Shown here: positions 35,414 through 50,400 of the stretch, one piece after another
Numbering within the stretch: position 1 is the stretch's first letter
Layout of the letters: every line of letters begins with the position of its first letter
Origin: Mobula hypostoma
Taxonomy: Eukaryota
Length of the DNA stretch: 64,000 nt
Direction: 5' to 3'
Assembly: GCF_963921235.1 (NCBI RefSeq)
Contig: NC_086108.1
Location: 110,858,001-110,922,000 of the forward strand
Position numbers and translations under genes: made by a program
Notes under the pieces: model-generated
The model's database searches: none
Told to the model about the DNA's origin: nothing
What the model saw: only the letters and a program-made list of their open reading frames with translations

Positions 35414-37551
35414 GTGAGTACCTGGTCCAGTTTCACATTTGCAATTCTGACTTGAAGCTGTAAGATTCTTCAGTGAGGTAGTGACGCAGAGGGATACGCA
35501 GGCAGATGGAATGATGGAACAGGTCAGTTTCGGAGACACGAGAGTCTGCAGATGCAGAAATTCGGTGATATGATAAACTGGTTTATTATTGGCACAACTA
35601 CGAAAGTTGTGAAGTTTGTTTGGTGTGCCATCCATGCGATCACTTATCAGAACAGTGCACTAGGGTAGTAAAAGGGAAAGGCACAAGACCATAAGACACA
35701 GGAGCAGGATTATGCCGTTCAGCCTTACTCAGGTTGGGCAAATAGAGCATGAAGAAGAGTAATCAGAAACACATGGAACGTGAATCTGTGTCCTCCTAAA
35801 GCAAGTTCACCAACAGCCTGTCCTGGTCCAACCACATAGACATCACGTCCAAGAAAGCTCACCAATTCCGTTATTTCCTCAGGAAGCCAAAGCAATTTGA
35901 CCTTCACTAATTTCTGCCAATGTATCATAGAAAGCATCTTATCCCAATGTGTTACGGCAGTACAGCAACTGCTTCTCCTGTGACCGCAAGAAACTGCAGA
36001 GGGTTGTGGAGGTCGCTCAGCACATCACAGAAAGCAGCCACCCCGCTGTGGACTCTGTCTAAACCTCTCACTGGCTCAGTGAAGCAGCCAGCATCATCGA
36101 AGACCCCACCCACGCCGGACATTTTCTCTTCTCCCGTCTCCCATCAGGCAGATGATACAAAAGCCTGGAAGCATGTACCATCAGGCTCAAGGACAGCTTC
36201 CATCCTACTGTTATCAGGCTATTGAATGTTTCTCTGGTATGACACGATGGACTCCTGACCTCAGAATTACTTTGTTATGATCTTGCACTGCACTTTCTCT
36301 GTAACTGTAACACTTCGTTCTGATTTCTGTTAATCGTTTTACCTTTTTCTCCCCCAAATGCACTGTGTAATGAATTGGTCTGTATGATCAGTCTGCAAAA
36401 TGCTGGAGGGACTCTGCAGGTCAGGCAGCATCTGTGGAGAGGAATAGATTGTTGACATTTTGGGCTGAGACCTTTCATTAGGACTTCAATCACTGGGTTC
36501 CTCCATTATTTTGTGCATGATATTCTGGTTTTCCAGCATCTGTAGAATCTCTAGTGTTTATGAACAGTCTGCAAAGCAAGTTTTTTCACTGCCCCAATGC
36601 CTCATTCCAATTCCAATGCCTGGACACTGAAAGTTAAAGAGACGGGGTGGTAGACTTGCTAGAGTCATAGAGTAATAGAACACTACAGCACAGAAACAGG
36701 CCATTCTGCCCATCTAGTACATGCCAAACCATTAGTCTGCCAGTCCTATCGACCTGTACTTGGACCATGGCCCTCCATACCCTTCCCATCCATGTACCCA
36801 TCCAAGTTTCTCTTAAATGGTGAAATGGAACCTGCCTCCACCTCTTGTGCTGGCAGCTCGTTCCACACTCTCACCACCCCTCATCTTCTCCTTAAACATT
36901 TCACCTTTCACCCTTAACCCATGACCTCTAGTTGTAGCTTCACCCAACCTCAGTGGAAAAAGCCTGTTTGCATTTACCCTATCTATATCCCTCATAATTC
37001 TGTATACCTCTATCAAATCTCCCATCAATCTTCTACGTTCTAGGTTAGAAATCTGATATTTTCTTCACCTTTGCTTTCAACATGTTATTTTATTGTATTA
37101 TATCATACCACCCAGGCCATGATGTTCTCGCTGTTGCCATCAGGTGGAAGGTACAGGAGCCTCAGGATTTACACCTCCAAGTCCAAGAGCAGTTATTATG
37201 CCTCAACCATCAGACTCTTGAACAAAAGAGGATAACTACACTCATCTATTGAGATGCTCCCTCAAACAATGATCTCGCTTTGAGCTCTAACTTATTATTT
37301 CAGGTTCTCATTTATTGCTATTTATTTATATTTGCATTTGCACATTTTGTTTTCTATGCTCTACTTGATCTTTCATCAATGCTGTTGTAGTTACTATTCT
37401 ATAGATTTGCTGAGTATGCCCATAGGAAAAAGGATCTCAGGGATATACGTGGTGACATATATGTACTCTGATAATAGAGTTTACCTTTGAACTTTTTAAA
37501 AAAAACTTTACTTTATGTTGTCCATTTTCTCCCCCCTCCCCGCCCGCATAG

Positions 37552-37677
37552 AGGAACAGCTCATTGCCCAGATAGAAGCCATAAAACAAGAGAGGAGAAG
37601 CCTCGAGAAAACAAGGCAAGAATTGGTGAAGAAGGCAAGAACATTGTTGTCGCAGATCCGATTACGACGAAACCAAG
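37552..37677 (+). CDS. spata1: SPATA1 coding exon (start of C-terminal coiled-coil region), phase 1 to 1
   Basis: cgcatag acceptor, G|gtgaga donor; EQLIAQIEAIKQERRSLEKTRQELVKKARTLLSQIRLRRNQ. Confidence 0.93.
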
Positions 37678-38280
37678 GTGAGAGGTTCTAAGCTGAGCTC
37701 CAGCTTAGACCGTAAAACACAACAATAAGAGGAATTTGGCCCCACAAACCCTTTCCAACAGTTTATCTTTGAGTAACACACAGAAAATATTGGAGCAGCT
37801 CAGTAGGTCAGGCAGCACCTATGGAAAGGAAAGTACAGACAATGTTTTGGGCTGAGACCCTGCTTCAGGACCGAAAAGGAAGGGGACAGAAGCCACAATA
37901 AGAAGGTGGGAGGAGGGGAAGAAGGACAAGTTAAAAGGTGATGGCTGAAGCCAGGTGGATGGGGGTGGGTGGAGGATGAAGTAAGAAGCTGGGAGATTAT
38001 AGGTGGAAAAGGCAAAGGGCTGGAGAAGAAGGAATCTGATAGGAGAGGTGAGTGGACCACAGGAGGAGGGGCACCAGGGGAAGGTAATAGGCAGGTGAGG
38101 AGAAGAGAAGAGATAAGGGGGAGCCAGAGTGGGGCATTGAAGAGAGAAGGGTTGGGTGGGATTGTGAGGGGGGGGGGCAAATCACATAAAGTTAGAGAAA
38201 ATGATGTTTATGCCATTAGGTTGGAGGTTACCCAGAGGGAATATGAAATATTGCCCTTACAACCTGAGAGTAGCATTATC

Positions 38281-40964
38281 ATAGAAACATAGAAACATAG
38301 AAAATAGGTGCAGGAGTAGGCCATTCGGCCCTTCGAGCCTGCACCGCCATTTATTATGATCATGGCTGATCATCCAACTCAGAACCCCGTCCCAGCCTTC
38401 CCTCCATATCCCCTGACCCCCGGAGACACAAGGGCCATATCTAACTCCCTCTTAAACATAGCCAATGAACTGGCCTCAACTGTTTCCTGTGGCAGAGAAT
38501 TCCACAGATTCACCACTCTCTGTGTGAAGAAGTTTTTCCTAATCTCGGTCCTAAAAGGCTTCCCCTTTATCCTCAAACTGTGGCCCCGCGTTCTGGACTT
38601 CCCCAACATCGGGAACAATCTTCCTGCATCTAGCCTGTCCAATCCCTTTAGGATCTTATACGTTTCAATCAGATCCCCCCTCAATCTTCTAAATTCCAAC
38701 GAGTACAAGCCCAGTTCATCCAGTCTTTCTTCATATGAAAGTCCTGCCATCCCAGGAATCAATCTGGTGAACCTTCTTTGTACTCCCTCTATGGCAAGGA
38801 TGTCTTTCCTCAGATTAGGGGACCAAAACTGCACACAATACTCCAGGTGTGGTCTCACCAAGGCCTTGTACAACTGCAGTAGTACCTCCCTGCTCCTGTA
38901 CTCGAATCCTCTCGCTATAAATGCCAGCATACCATTTGCCTTTTTCACCGCCTGCTGTACCTGCATGCCCACTTTCAATGACTGGTATATAATGACACCC
39001 AGGTCTCGTTGCACCTCCCCTTTTCCTAATCGGCCACCATTCAGATAATAATCTGTTTTCCTATTTTTGCCACCAAAGTGGATAACTTCACATTTATGCA
39101 CATTAAATTGCATCTGCCATGAATTTGCCCACTCACCCAACCTATCCAAGTCACCCTGCATCCTCTTAGCATCCTCCTCACAGCTAACACTGCCACCCAG
39201 CTTCGTGTCATCCACAAACTTGGAGATGCTGCATTTAATTCCCTCATCCAAGTCATTAATATATATTGTAAACAACTGGGGTCCCAGCACTGAGCCTTGC
39301 GGTACCCCACTAGTCACCGCCTGCCATTCTGAAAAGGTCCCATTTATTCCCACTCTTTGCTTCCTGTCTGCTAACCGATTCTCCACCCACACCAATACCT
39401 TACCCCCAATACCGTGTGCTTTAAGTTTGCACACTAATCTCCTGTGTGGGACCTTGTCAAAAGCCTTTTGAAAATCCAAATATACCACATCCACTGGTTC
39501 TCCCCTATCCACTTTACTAGTTACATCCTCAAAAAATTCTGTGAGATTCGTCAGACATGACTTTCCTTTCACAAATCCATGCTGACTTTGTCCGATCATT
39601 TCACTGCTTTCCAAATGTGCTGTTATCACATCCTTGATAACTGACTCCAGCAGTTTCCCCACCACCGACGTTAGGCTAACCGGTCTATAATTCCCCGGTT
39701 TCTCTCTCCCTCCTTTTTTAAAAAGTGGGGTTACATTAGCCACCCTCCAATCCTCAGGAACTAGTCCAGAATCTAACGAGTTTTGAAAAATTATCACTAA
39801 TGCATCCACTATTTCTTGGGCTACTTCCTTAAGCACTCTAGGATGCAGACCATCTGGCCCTGGGGATTTATCTGCCTTCAATCCCTTCAATTTACCTAAC
39901 ACCACTTCCCTACTAACATGTATTTCGCTCAGTTCCTCCATCTCACTGGACCCTCTGTCCCCTACTATTTCTGGAAGATTATTTATGTCCTCCTTAGTGA
40001 AGACAGAACCAAAGTAATTATTCAATTGGTCTGCCATGTCCTTGTTCCCCATAATCAATTCACCTGTTTCTGTCTGCAGGGGACCTACATTTGTCTTTAC
40101 CAGTCTTTTCCTTTTTACATATCTATAAAAGCTTTTACAGTCAGTTTTTATGTTCCCTGCCAGTTTTCTCTCATAATCTTTTTTCCCCTTCCTAATTAAG
40201 CCCTTTGTCCTCCTCTGCTGAACTCTGAATTTCTCCCAGTCCTCAGGTGAGCCACTTTCTCTGGCTAATTTGTATGCTTCTTCTTTGGAATTGATACTAT
40301 CCCTAATTTCTCTTGTCAGCCATGGGTGCACTACCTTCCTTGATTTATTCTTTTGCCAAACTGGGATGAACAATTGTTGTAGTTCATCCATGCAACCTTT
40401 AAATGCTTGCCATTGCATATCCACGGTCAATCCTTTAAGTGTCATTTGCCAGTCTATCTTAGCTAATTCACGTCTCATACCTTCAAAGTTACCCCTCTTT
40501 AAGTTCAGAACCTTTGTTTCTGAATTAACTATGTCACTCTCCATCTTAATGAAGAATTCCACCATATTATGGTCACTCTTACCCAAGCGGCCTCTCACGA
40601 CAAGATTGCTAATTAACCCTTCCTCATTGCTCAAAACCCAGTCCAGAATAGCCTGCTCTCTAGTTGGTTCCTCGACATGTTGGTTCAAAAAACCATCCCA
40701 CATACATTCCAAGAAATCCTCTTCCTCAGCACCTTTACCAATTTGGTTCACCCAATCTACATGTAGATTGAAGTCACCCATTATAACTGCTGTTCCTTTA
40801 TTGCACACATTTCTAATTTCCTGTTTAATACCATCTCCGACCTCACTACTACTGTTAGGTGGCCTGTACACAACTCCCACCAGCGTCTTCTGCCCCTTAG
40901 TGTTACGCAGCTCTACCCATATCCATTCCACATCTTCCCGGCTTATGTCCTTCCTTTCTATCGC
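38281..40964 (-). mobile_element. young 5'-truncated CR1 (uninterrupted partial APE plus RT), same subfamily as 17713-21445, inserted in a Penelope fragment
   Basis: open frame from AIERKDISRED to the stop at 38379; near-identical to the other copy; Penelope sequence resumes at 40965. Confidence 0.97.
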
Positions 40965-43633
40965 ATGGCAGTAGAGGAAACCTTGGACCAAAATGTTGGA
41001 ATGTGAATGGGGATTGGAATTGAAATTGTTGGTCACTGGAAATTCTACTTTTTGTGGATGGAGTGAAGGTTCTCGACAAAACAGTCCTCCAAAAGCATTA
41101 TCATGGACCTTAGTGTCTGAATCCAAAACTACCACCACATGAAAACAGCCCCTTTGGCCCAAGCCGACCAAGTTAGTTCCATTTGACAGTGTTTGGCCCA
41201 TAAACTTCCAGATCAGTCATGGGTCAAGGGTGAAAGGTGAAAAATATTTATGGGGATTTTGAGGGAAAACTTCTTCACTCAGAGGATCATGAGACTATGA
41301 ACGGGTTGCCAGTACAAGTGGTGGATGTCAGTTCTATTTTAACGCTTAAGAAAAATCATGTGGATAGCCAGAGGCATTTTCCCCAGGGCTGAAATGGCTA
41401 TCACAAGGGGGCATAGTTTTAAGCTGCTTGGAAGTAGGTTCAAGGGGGATGTCAGGAGTAAGTTTTTCACACAGAGAGTGGTGGGTGCGTGGAATGCACT
41501 GCCAGCGACAGTGGTAGAGGCTGATACAATAGGGTCTTTGAAGAGCCTCTTAGATAGGTACATGGAGCTTAGAAAAATAGAGGGCTATGCGATAGGGTTT
41601 TCTAGGCAGTCTCTAGAGTAGGTTACGTGGTCAGCACAATGTTATGGGCCGAAGGGCCTATAATGTGCTGTAAATTTCTATGTTCTAAAAGTTTGGATAG
41701 GTACATGGATACTAGGGTTATGGAAGACTATGGTCCCGGTGCAGGTTCATGAACATGGGCGGTTTAAATGGTTCGGCATGGATTAGTTGGGCCGAAGGAT
41801 CTGTTTCTTTGCTGTACATTTTTATGAATATGACTGTTCTTTCTACAAAGAGGCGAGCAGAACTGAACACAATATTCCAAGTGTTGTACTTGGGAAGCAC
41901 TTTCATTCACCAAGCGGATAAAGCCAAAGGTTCATCGCCAGCAAATTGCTCTCCCTCTTAGGAAACATGACCTGTGTTTCTCTTAAGTACAAGAGATTCT
42001 TCAGATGCTGGAAACCCAGAGCAAGGGGCACAAAATGCTGGAGGAACTCAGCAGGTCGGGCATGAAATGAAATGGAAATGAATAAACCGTCGACATTTCA
42101 GGCCGAGACCCTTCATCAGGACTGGAGAGGAAGGGGGAAGAAGCTGGAATTGAATGTGGGGGGAGGGGACGATGACGACATGCTGAAGTGAGAAGCTGGG
42201 GAGTGATGGGTGGAAAAGGTAAAGGGCTGGGGAACACAGATCCCTCGGTTAATGGTAGGGGTCCACGGCATAAGAGGTTGAGAACCCCTGGCTTAGAGTT
42301 ATGGGAGCTTTATGAAGACATACAGAACTAGCTTGGATGGCAACTTGGTCAGCAGACGCAGGTTGGGCTGAAGGGCCTGTTTCCGTGTCTCTAGAATATC
42401 AAATATAGAACTGTACAGCACAGTAGGGCCCTTCAGCTCATGTCGTTCTGACCTTCTAACCCACTCCAAGATCAATCTAAACCTCCCCATCCACATAACC
42501 CCTCATTTTTCTATCATCCATGTGCCAATCTAAGAGTACCTTAAATGTCCCTAATATATCTACCTCTACCACCACCTCGGCAGCATATTCTACACACTTA
42601 TCACTCATTCTGTATAAAACCTGCCTCTGACATCTCCCATAAACATTCCTTCAATTACATTTCATGGATTCCCTCTGGTCTTAGCCATTGCCACCCTTGG
42701 GTAAAGGTGCCGGCTGTCCACTCAATCTATGCCTCTTGTCAACTTGTACACCTCTGTCAAGTCACCTCATTCTGCTTTGATCCAAAGAGAAACGGTATCT
42801 CACTCAATCTTTCCTCATAAGGCATGCTCTCTAATCCAGGCAGCATCCTGGACCCTCTCTAAAGCTTCCACATCCTTCGTATAATGAGGTGACTGGAATT
42901 GAGCACTATTTTCCAAGTGTGGTCTAACCAGAGTTTTATAGAGCTGCAACATTACCTCACGGCTCTTGAATTCAATCCCCCAAATAATGAAGGTCAACAC
43001 ACCATACGCCTTCTTAATGTCTTTATCAGCTTTGAGGGAGTTGGATGCTATGATCCCTCTGTTCCTCCACACTGCTAAAACTCCTGCAATTAACCTTGTA
43101 CCCTGCCTTCAACCTTCCAAAGTCTGACACTGCATTGTACCAATGTCCTTTTGTAACCTACAACACTCTCCACCATTCATTTGCAAATTTGCCATCTGCA
43201 AATTTACTAAGCCACCCTACCACTCCCTTATCCAAGTCAATTATAAAAATCACAAAGATCAGGGGTCCCAGAGCAGGTCCTTGCAGAACACCAGAGGGCC
43301 CAGACCAGAGCTTTGTGGAACAAAGAAAAGGCTTCAGTTACACAGAAAAAAACACAATTCCATGAGCAAAGAAACGAAGGGCAAAGTGGATAAGGAACTT
43401 ATATAGGACTACAAACAAGGCACATGTAATAACAATGAACTAATAATTAGCTTAATGGGCAGGTGAGCAGGAAGGGGCTGGCCTTGTCATCTCTGCCTCC
43501 CTCAGGTGGCCACCTGCCCGTCTAAACACCCCTTGTGTGTTCTGTTGTGTTTCTTTCACCGCTCGCCCTGGCAGCAAGTTCTGTGTCTGCCTTGTAAGTC
43601 TCCTTTAACTCTTCCCCCTTCTTTGTCTGGCAG

Positions 43634-43812
43634 TACGTGACAGCTGGAAGAAACAGTACTTCAAATCAAAGAAAGCAACTGCTCCACTAGAAGACACAGC
43701 CAACAAGCTGCGGCAGGAGCTGGACACGTTTTACCAGAAACTGTTGCACCATCTGGCAGCCAGAGAGACCAGGAAGCAGTTCCCAAACTCAACAAGTGCC
43801 AGCAGTGCCAAA
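43634..43812 (+). CDS. spata1: SPATA1 coding exon, phase 1 to 0
   Basis: ctggcag acceptor, AAA|gtaaag donor; (V)RDSWKKQYFKSKKATAPLEDTANKLRQELDTFYQKLLHHLAARETRKQFPNSTSASSAK (SPATA1 WKKKYF motif). Confidence 0.95.
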
Positions 43813-44529
43813 GTAAAGCCGGTTCACTCTGTGTTAACGCACGCAAAACGCTGGAGTAACTCAGCAGTTCAGGCAGCGTCTCTGCAGGGAAATGGATAGT
43901 CAACATTTCAGGCAAAGGCGCTGACCTGCTGAGTTCTTCCAACAGTTTGTGTGCGTTGCTTAACCCGTGACCTCTAGTTGTAGTTGGAAAAAGCCTGCTT
44001 GCATTTACCCTATCTAAATCTCTCATGATTTTGTATACCTCTATCAAATCTCCCCTCAATCTCCCATGTTCCAAGTCCAAACCTATTCAATATTTCCTTA
44101 TAACTCGAGTCCTCCAGTTCCAGCACATCTGTGTAAGTTTTTACCGTACTCTTTCAACCAGAATCTGTTGTATCTCCTTTCACTCTGTGTGCCAGCTCCA
44201 TTCTGATGAATTCTAGAACATCATAAAGTTGAAGATAAAGATTAGCTTTATTTGTCATGCATATATCGAAATGGGTCACCTGCGTTAGATTAAATCAGTA
44301 AGGATTGTGCTGGGCAGCCCACAAGTATCCTCAAACTTCAGGTGCCAACACAGCGTGCTCACAGCTCACTAACCCTAACCCATATGTCTTTGGGATGTGG
44401 GAAGAACTGCACGCAGTCATGGAGAGAATACTCAGATTCTATACAGATCCGATATTATGGCCGCCACTGTAAAGTGATTTGTTAACTGCCACCCCCCATT
44501 CTGTACACCCCCACCCCCTTCCTCAAAGT

Positions 44530-47500
44530 GCAATGGGAGATAGAAAATGCATGCTAAAAAGACAATACTACAATGGTCATGGGGGACTTCAATATGCTGG
44601 TAGATTGGGAAAATCAGTTTGGTGCTAGATTACAGGAGAGGGAATTTCTAGAGTGCCTATGAGATGGCTTTTTAGAGCAGATTGTGGTTGAGCGCACTAG
44701 AGGATTAGTTGTTCTGGATTGGATGTTGTGCACTGAACCAGATTTAATTAGAATCCCTAGGGGAGAGTGATCATAATGTTTTTTTTTGAGAAATCTGCAA
44801 CATATTACAGGCCTTTCAGCCCACAATGTTATGCCGACCATGATAATCTAATCTAGAATTTCCCTACTGCATAGCCCTCTATTTTCCTAAGCTCCATGTA
44901 CCTAACCTAGAGTCTCTTAAAAGACCCTATTGTATCCACCTCTACCACCGTCACTGGCAGTCCATTCCATGCTTTCACCACTCTCTGTGTGAAAAACTTA
45001 TCTCTGACATCCCGCTTGTAATTACTTCCAAGCACCTTAAAACTATAAACTATGCTCCCTCGAGTTAGCCATTTCAGCCCTGAAAAAAAGCCTCTGACTA
45101 TCCACACGATCAATGCCTTTTATAATCTTATACACCTTTATCGGGTCACCTCTCATCCTCTGTCGCTCCAGGGAGAAAAGGCCAAGTTCACTCAACCTAT
45201 TCTCATAAGACATGCTCTCCAATCCAGGCAACATCCTTTTAAATCTCCCCTCCACCCTCCCTAACACAAGCCACAACATTCCTGTAGTGAGTTGACCAGA
45301 ACTGAACACAGTACTCCAAGTGGGGTTTAACTAAGGTCTTATCTTGCCGTAACATTACCTCATGGCTCTTGAACTGAATCCCATGGTTGATGAATGCCAG
45401 CACACCATACGCCTTCTTAACAACACTGTCAACCTGTGCAGCAGCTTTGAGTGTCCGATGGACGTGGACCCCATGTTCTCTCTGATCCTCCACACTGCCA
45501 GAAGTCTTACCAGTTATATTATTCTCTGTCTTCAGATTTGCCCTTCTGGAATAAACCACTGAAATGAATATGATCGAATTCGCCCTGAAATTTGAGAAAG
45601 AGAAGCTAAGGTCAGATGTATTAATGGAGTAAAGAGAATTAGAGGCATGAGAAAGGAGTTGAGAAAGATTGACTGGAAAAGAACACTGGCAGGGATGACG
45701 GCAGTGCACCAATGGCTGGAATTTCTGGAAGCAATTCGGAAGGCACAGGATATATTATTGAATTGACTTGACTTTATTACTTATATCCTTCATGTACATG
45801 GGGAGTAAAAATCTTCACGTTATGTCTCAGTCTAAATGTGCAATTTATAGTAATTTATAATAAATATTATGTACAATAGGATAGTCAATATAACATAGAA
45901 ATCCAGTTGTGTTAGCATGAATTAATCAGTCTGATGGCCTCGTGGACGAAGCTGTCCGAGCATTGGCCTTGGCTTTTTTGTTGCGGTACCCTTTCCTGGA
46001 TGGTAGCAGATGGAAGAGTTCGTGATTGGGGTGACTTGGGTCCCCAATGATCCTTCTTCCCTTTTATACACACCTGTGTTTGTAAATGTCCTGAATCGTG
46101 GGAAGTTCACATCTACAGATGCGCTGGGCTGTCCGCACCACTCTCTGCAGAGTCCTGCGATTGAGGGAAGTACAGTTCCCATACCAGGCAGTGATGAAGC
46201 CAGTCAGGATGCTCTCATTTGTGCTCTGTAGAAAGTTTTTAGGATCTGGAGGCCCATACCAAACTTTTCAACCATCTGAGGTGAAAGAGGTGCTGTTGTG
46301 CTTTTTTCACCACACACCCAGTATGTACAGACCAGGTGAGGTCCTTGGTGATGTGTATACCGAGGAACTTAAAGCTGTTCACCCTCTCAACCTTAGATCC
46401 ATTGATGTCAATAGGGGTTAGCTTGTCTCCATTCCTCCTGTAGTCCACAACCAGCTCCTTTGTTTATATGACATTGAGGGAGAGATTGTTTTCTTGACAC
46501 CACTGTATCAGGGTGATGACTTCTTCTCTGTAGGCTGCCTCATTATTATTTGAGATTAGGTCAATCAGTGTAGTGTTGTCAACAAATTTAATTAGCAGAT
46601 TGGAGCTGTGGGTGGTGAGACAATCAAATGGGTATGCAGACAACAAAGGACAGGCTTAGTACACAGCCCAGAGGGGCACCTGTGTTGAGGATCAGAGGGG
46701 GAGAGGTGAGGGAGCCCACTCTTACCACCTGCCGGCGATCTGACAGGAAGTCCAGGATCCAGCTTCACAAGGCAGGGTGAAGGCCGAGGTCTCTGAGCTT
46801 CTTGTCGAGCCTGGATGGAATTATGGTGTTGAATGCTGAACTGTAGTCCAAGAACAGCATTCTCACGTAAGCCTTGCAACTGTCCATGGTTGGAAACATC
46901 TGCGTACTTCAGCCTCAGGGATGACCAAGCTGCAGGTTGCATCAGCTGTAGGTCTCAGAGGCTCAGTGTAGGCAACATTGAATTGAGCGTAAGAAAAGAT
47001 TTTGCTCGTCTGGGAGAGAGGCATCAATGTTGGAAATTCCACTGCGCTGGTGTGCAGACCTTGCCGTAAGCTGCGTGTGTTGTTGGTGGAAAACTGAGTC
47101 TGAATGTTGTCTCTGTATTGTTGTTTCGCTGCCTTGATGACTTTGCGCAGATCGTAGCTGCATTTCTTGAGCTCCTGCTGATTACCGGCAATGTAAGCTT
47201 TGTGTCGCGTGGTAAATGCAGCTCACATGGTTTGCATAGACCCTGACCAATTTCTGGGGGACAACATCCTTGATGCACTTCCAGATGAAACTTGAAACTC
47301 CATCTGTGAACTCGGAGACATCCTCATCATGAAAGACTTCTAGTTGACGTCATCAAAGCAGTCCTGCAGCATGGAGGCCGATTGGTCAGATCAACAGTTG
47401 GACGATTTTAACTATGGCTGCCTCTCGTTTCACCTTCTGGCTGTACCTCGGGTGCAGAGTGATCTGATTTTCCAAATGGTGGGTGAAGGAGTGCTTTGTA

Positions 47501-48675
47501 AGCGTTGCGGAAGGGAGAGCAGCAGTGGACAAGTATGCTATCTCCCTGTGTGCTCACCTAGATGTGTTTGCAAAATTTTGGAGAGACTTTAGTCAGCGAG
47601 GCTCTATTAAAGTCACTGGTGACAATGAAGACAGCCTCTGGGTGTGCAGTCTCCAGGGTGCTGATGGTCTCAGCCAGTTTGCTTGAGATCCAGGTCAGTA
47701 TCAGCCCAAAGAGGAAGAAGTATTCTAAAGGAATGTTGACACAATCATGGGTAACAAGAGAAGTCAAAGCCAACATAAAAAGCCAAATAGAGGGCATATA
47801 ATAGAGTAAAAATTAGTGGGAAGTTAAAGGACTTGGAAACTTTTAAAAACCAACAGAAGGCGACTAAAAAAGTAATGAAGAATATAAAGCTGGAATACAA
47901 AAGTAAGCTAGCCAATAATGTTAAAGAGGATATGAAAAGTTTCTTCAGATACATAAAGTGTAAAAGAGAGGTGAGAGTGGATATCAGGTAAACAATCCTG
48001 GAGAGGTAGTAATGGGGGATAAGGAAATGGCGGATCAACTAAATAACTATTTTGCATCATTCTTCACTGGAAGACACTAGCAGTATGGTGGAAGTTCTAT
48101 GTGGCAGGGGGCATGAAGTGTGTGAAGTTACCAACACTAGAAAGAAAGTTCTTGGGAAACTGCAAGGTCTGAAGGTAGATAAGTCACCTGGACTAGATGG
48201 TGTACACCCCAGAGTTCTGAAAGAGGTGGCTGAAGAGATTGTGGAGGCATTAGTAATGATCTTTCAAGAATCTTTAGATTCTGGAATGGTTCCGGTAGAC
48301 TGGAAAATTGAAAAATGTCACTCCTCTCTTCAAGAAGAGAGAGAGGCTGAAGAAAGGAAACTATAGACCAGTTAGTCTGACCTCAGTGGAATGGAAGATG
48401 TTGGAGTGATTATTAAGGATGAGTTCTCAGGGTACTTGGAGGCACATGATAAAATAGGCCATAGTCAGCATGGTTTCTTCTGACAAATCTGTTGGAATTC
48501 TTTGAAGAAATAACAAATAGGATAGAAAAAGGTGTTTGATGTTGCATACTTGGATTTTCAGAAGGCCTTTGACAAAGTGCCACACATGAGGCTGCTTAAC
48601 AAGCTACGAGCCCATGGTATTTCAGGAAAGATTCTAGCATAATTCTGCGCCGATATCTTATAGTCTTATGGTCTT
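44530..48675 (+). mobile_element. old CR1 ORF2 remnant with a nested minus-strand CR1 (about 44785-45555) and a nested Rex1/Babar element
   Basis: collinear MGDFN, KSPGLDGVHPRVLKEVAEEIV, DFQKAFDKV segments. Confidence 0.82.
45755..47690 (-). mobile_element. internally deleted Rex1/Babar-type LINE
   Basis: HPEAVFIVTSDFN, LIKFVDNTTLI...NNNEAAYREEV, FKFLGIHITKDLTWS; (AAGTC)-like tail. Confidence 0.8.
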
Positions 48676-49177
48676 AAAATGGGCCAAGGAATGGCTTTTG
48701 GCAAAATATTTTATTATTGTCACATGTACTGAGGTAGCATGAAAAGATATTCTTGCATGCAAACTATGAGGATCAAATCTTACAACAGTTTATTGAGGTT
48801 GAACAAAGGAACAATAACAGAATGCGGAATAAAGACAAGCAACACACATCAAAGTTGCTGGTGAACGCAGCAGGCCAGGCAGCATCTATAGGAAGAGGCG
48901 CAGTCGACGTTTCAGGCCGAGACCCTTCGTCAGGACTAACTTCCTGTTGTATGCGGAATAAAGAGTTAGTTACAGAGAGAGTGCACTGCAGGCAGACAAT
49001 AAGGTGCAAGACCACAATGGATTAAGGTTAAGAGTCCATCTTATCTTACAAAGGAACCATTTAATAGTTTTATGACAGTGGAATAGAAGCTGTCCTTGAG
49101 CTTGGTGATATGTACTTTCAGGCTTTTGTAAACTCAGGAGATTCCACAGATGCTGGCTATCCAGAGCAAAAAAAAAA

Positions 49178-49590
49178 CACACACAGACACACAGACACAT
49201 AGACAGACAGACACACAGACACACAGACAGACAGACACACACAGACAAACACAGACAGACAAACACACAGACAGACAGACACACAGACAGACAGACACAC
49301 AGACACACACACACACACACAGACAGACACACACACAGACACACACACAGACAGACACACAGACAGACACACAGACAGACACATACACAGACAGACACAT
49401 ACACAGACAGACACACAGACAGACACACAGACAGACACACAGACACACACACAGACACACACACAGACACATACACAGACAGACACACACACACAGACAC
49501 ACACACAGACAGACACACAGACACACACACACAGACACACACACAGACAGACACACACACACACACACACACACAGACAGACACACAGAC
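49178..49590. repeat. complex (CA)n/(GACA)n microsatellite, about 410 bp, expanded inside a Penelope-derived tail
   Basis: read directly; flanks gatgctgg..atccagagcaa and aaaatcttggaggaactcagcagg are contiguous in other copies. Confidence 0.95.
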
Positions 49591-50400
49591 AAAATCTTGG
49601 AGGAACTCAGCAGGTCAGGCAGGAGAGTGGACCAAGTGGACCATGGGAGGAAGGGAAGGAAGACAGGAACCAGCAGGAGGTAAGGAGAAGAGAAGGGATG
49701 AGGGAGGAGCCAGAATGGAGCATGGGAAAAGGTAGGAGGAGGAGGAGCAAGAGAAATTACCAGACATTAGAGAAAGGGATATTCATGCTACGAGGTTGGA
49801 GGTTACTGAAACAGTATATGAGATGTTGCTCCTCCAACCTGAGTGTGGCCTCATCATGGCAGTAGGGGAGGCCATGGACCAACATGTCGGAATGGAAATG
49901 GGCAGTGGAGTTAAAATGGTTGGTCACAGGGATATCCTGCTGTTTGCGGATGGAGTAAAGGTGCTCGAAAAAGCAGTCCCTCAGTCTGCATCGGGTCTCA
50001 CCACTGTAAAGGATGCCGCACTGGGAGTACTGGATGCAGTAGGTGACCCCAACAGACTGACAGGTGAAGTATTGCTTCACCTGGAAAGACTGTTTGGGCT
50101 CCTGCATGGAGGTGAATGGGCAGGTTTAGCACTTCTTTCATTGACAGGGATAAGTGCTAGGAGGGAGATTAGTCGGAAGGGATGAATGGACAAGGGAGTC
50201 ACGGAGAGATTGTTCCTTGTGGAAACTGGACAGTGGTGCGGAGGGGAAGTAAAGATGTGTTTGGTGGTAGGATCCCATTGAAGATGGCGGGAGTTGTGGA
50301 GAATGCGGAGACTCATGGGGTGATTGGTAAGGACGAGAGGAACACTCTCCCTGAAGATGGAGTGAGGGTGGATGTCTGGAAATGGAGATGAGGAGAAGGC
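49590..50400 (-). mobile_element. Penelope-like GIY-YIG fragment
   Basis: FQVKQYFTCQSVGVTYCI..SQCGILYSGET (49757-50107). Confidence 0.82.

Noticed and set aside
38379..41201. 940-aa ORF as a novel or domesticated gene
   Set aside because: It is a truncated CR1 ORF2 read in frame by chance from about 80 codons of flanking Penelope and CR1-tail debris; there is no sign of a promoter or domestication
48970..49683. Cys/Val- or Thr/His-rich ORFs
   Set aside because: Translations of a (CA)/(GACA) microsatellite; the same applies at 4493-4832 and 23383-23655
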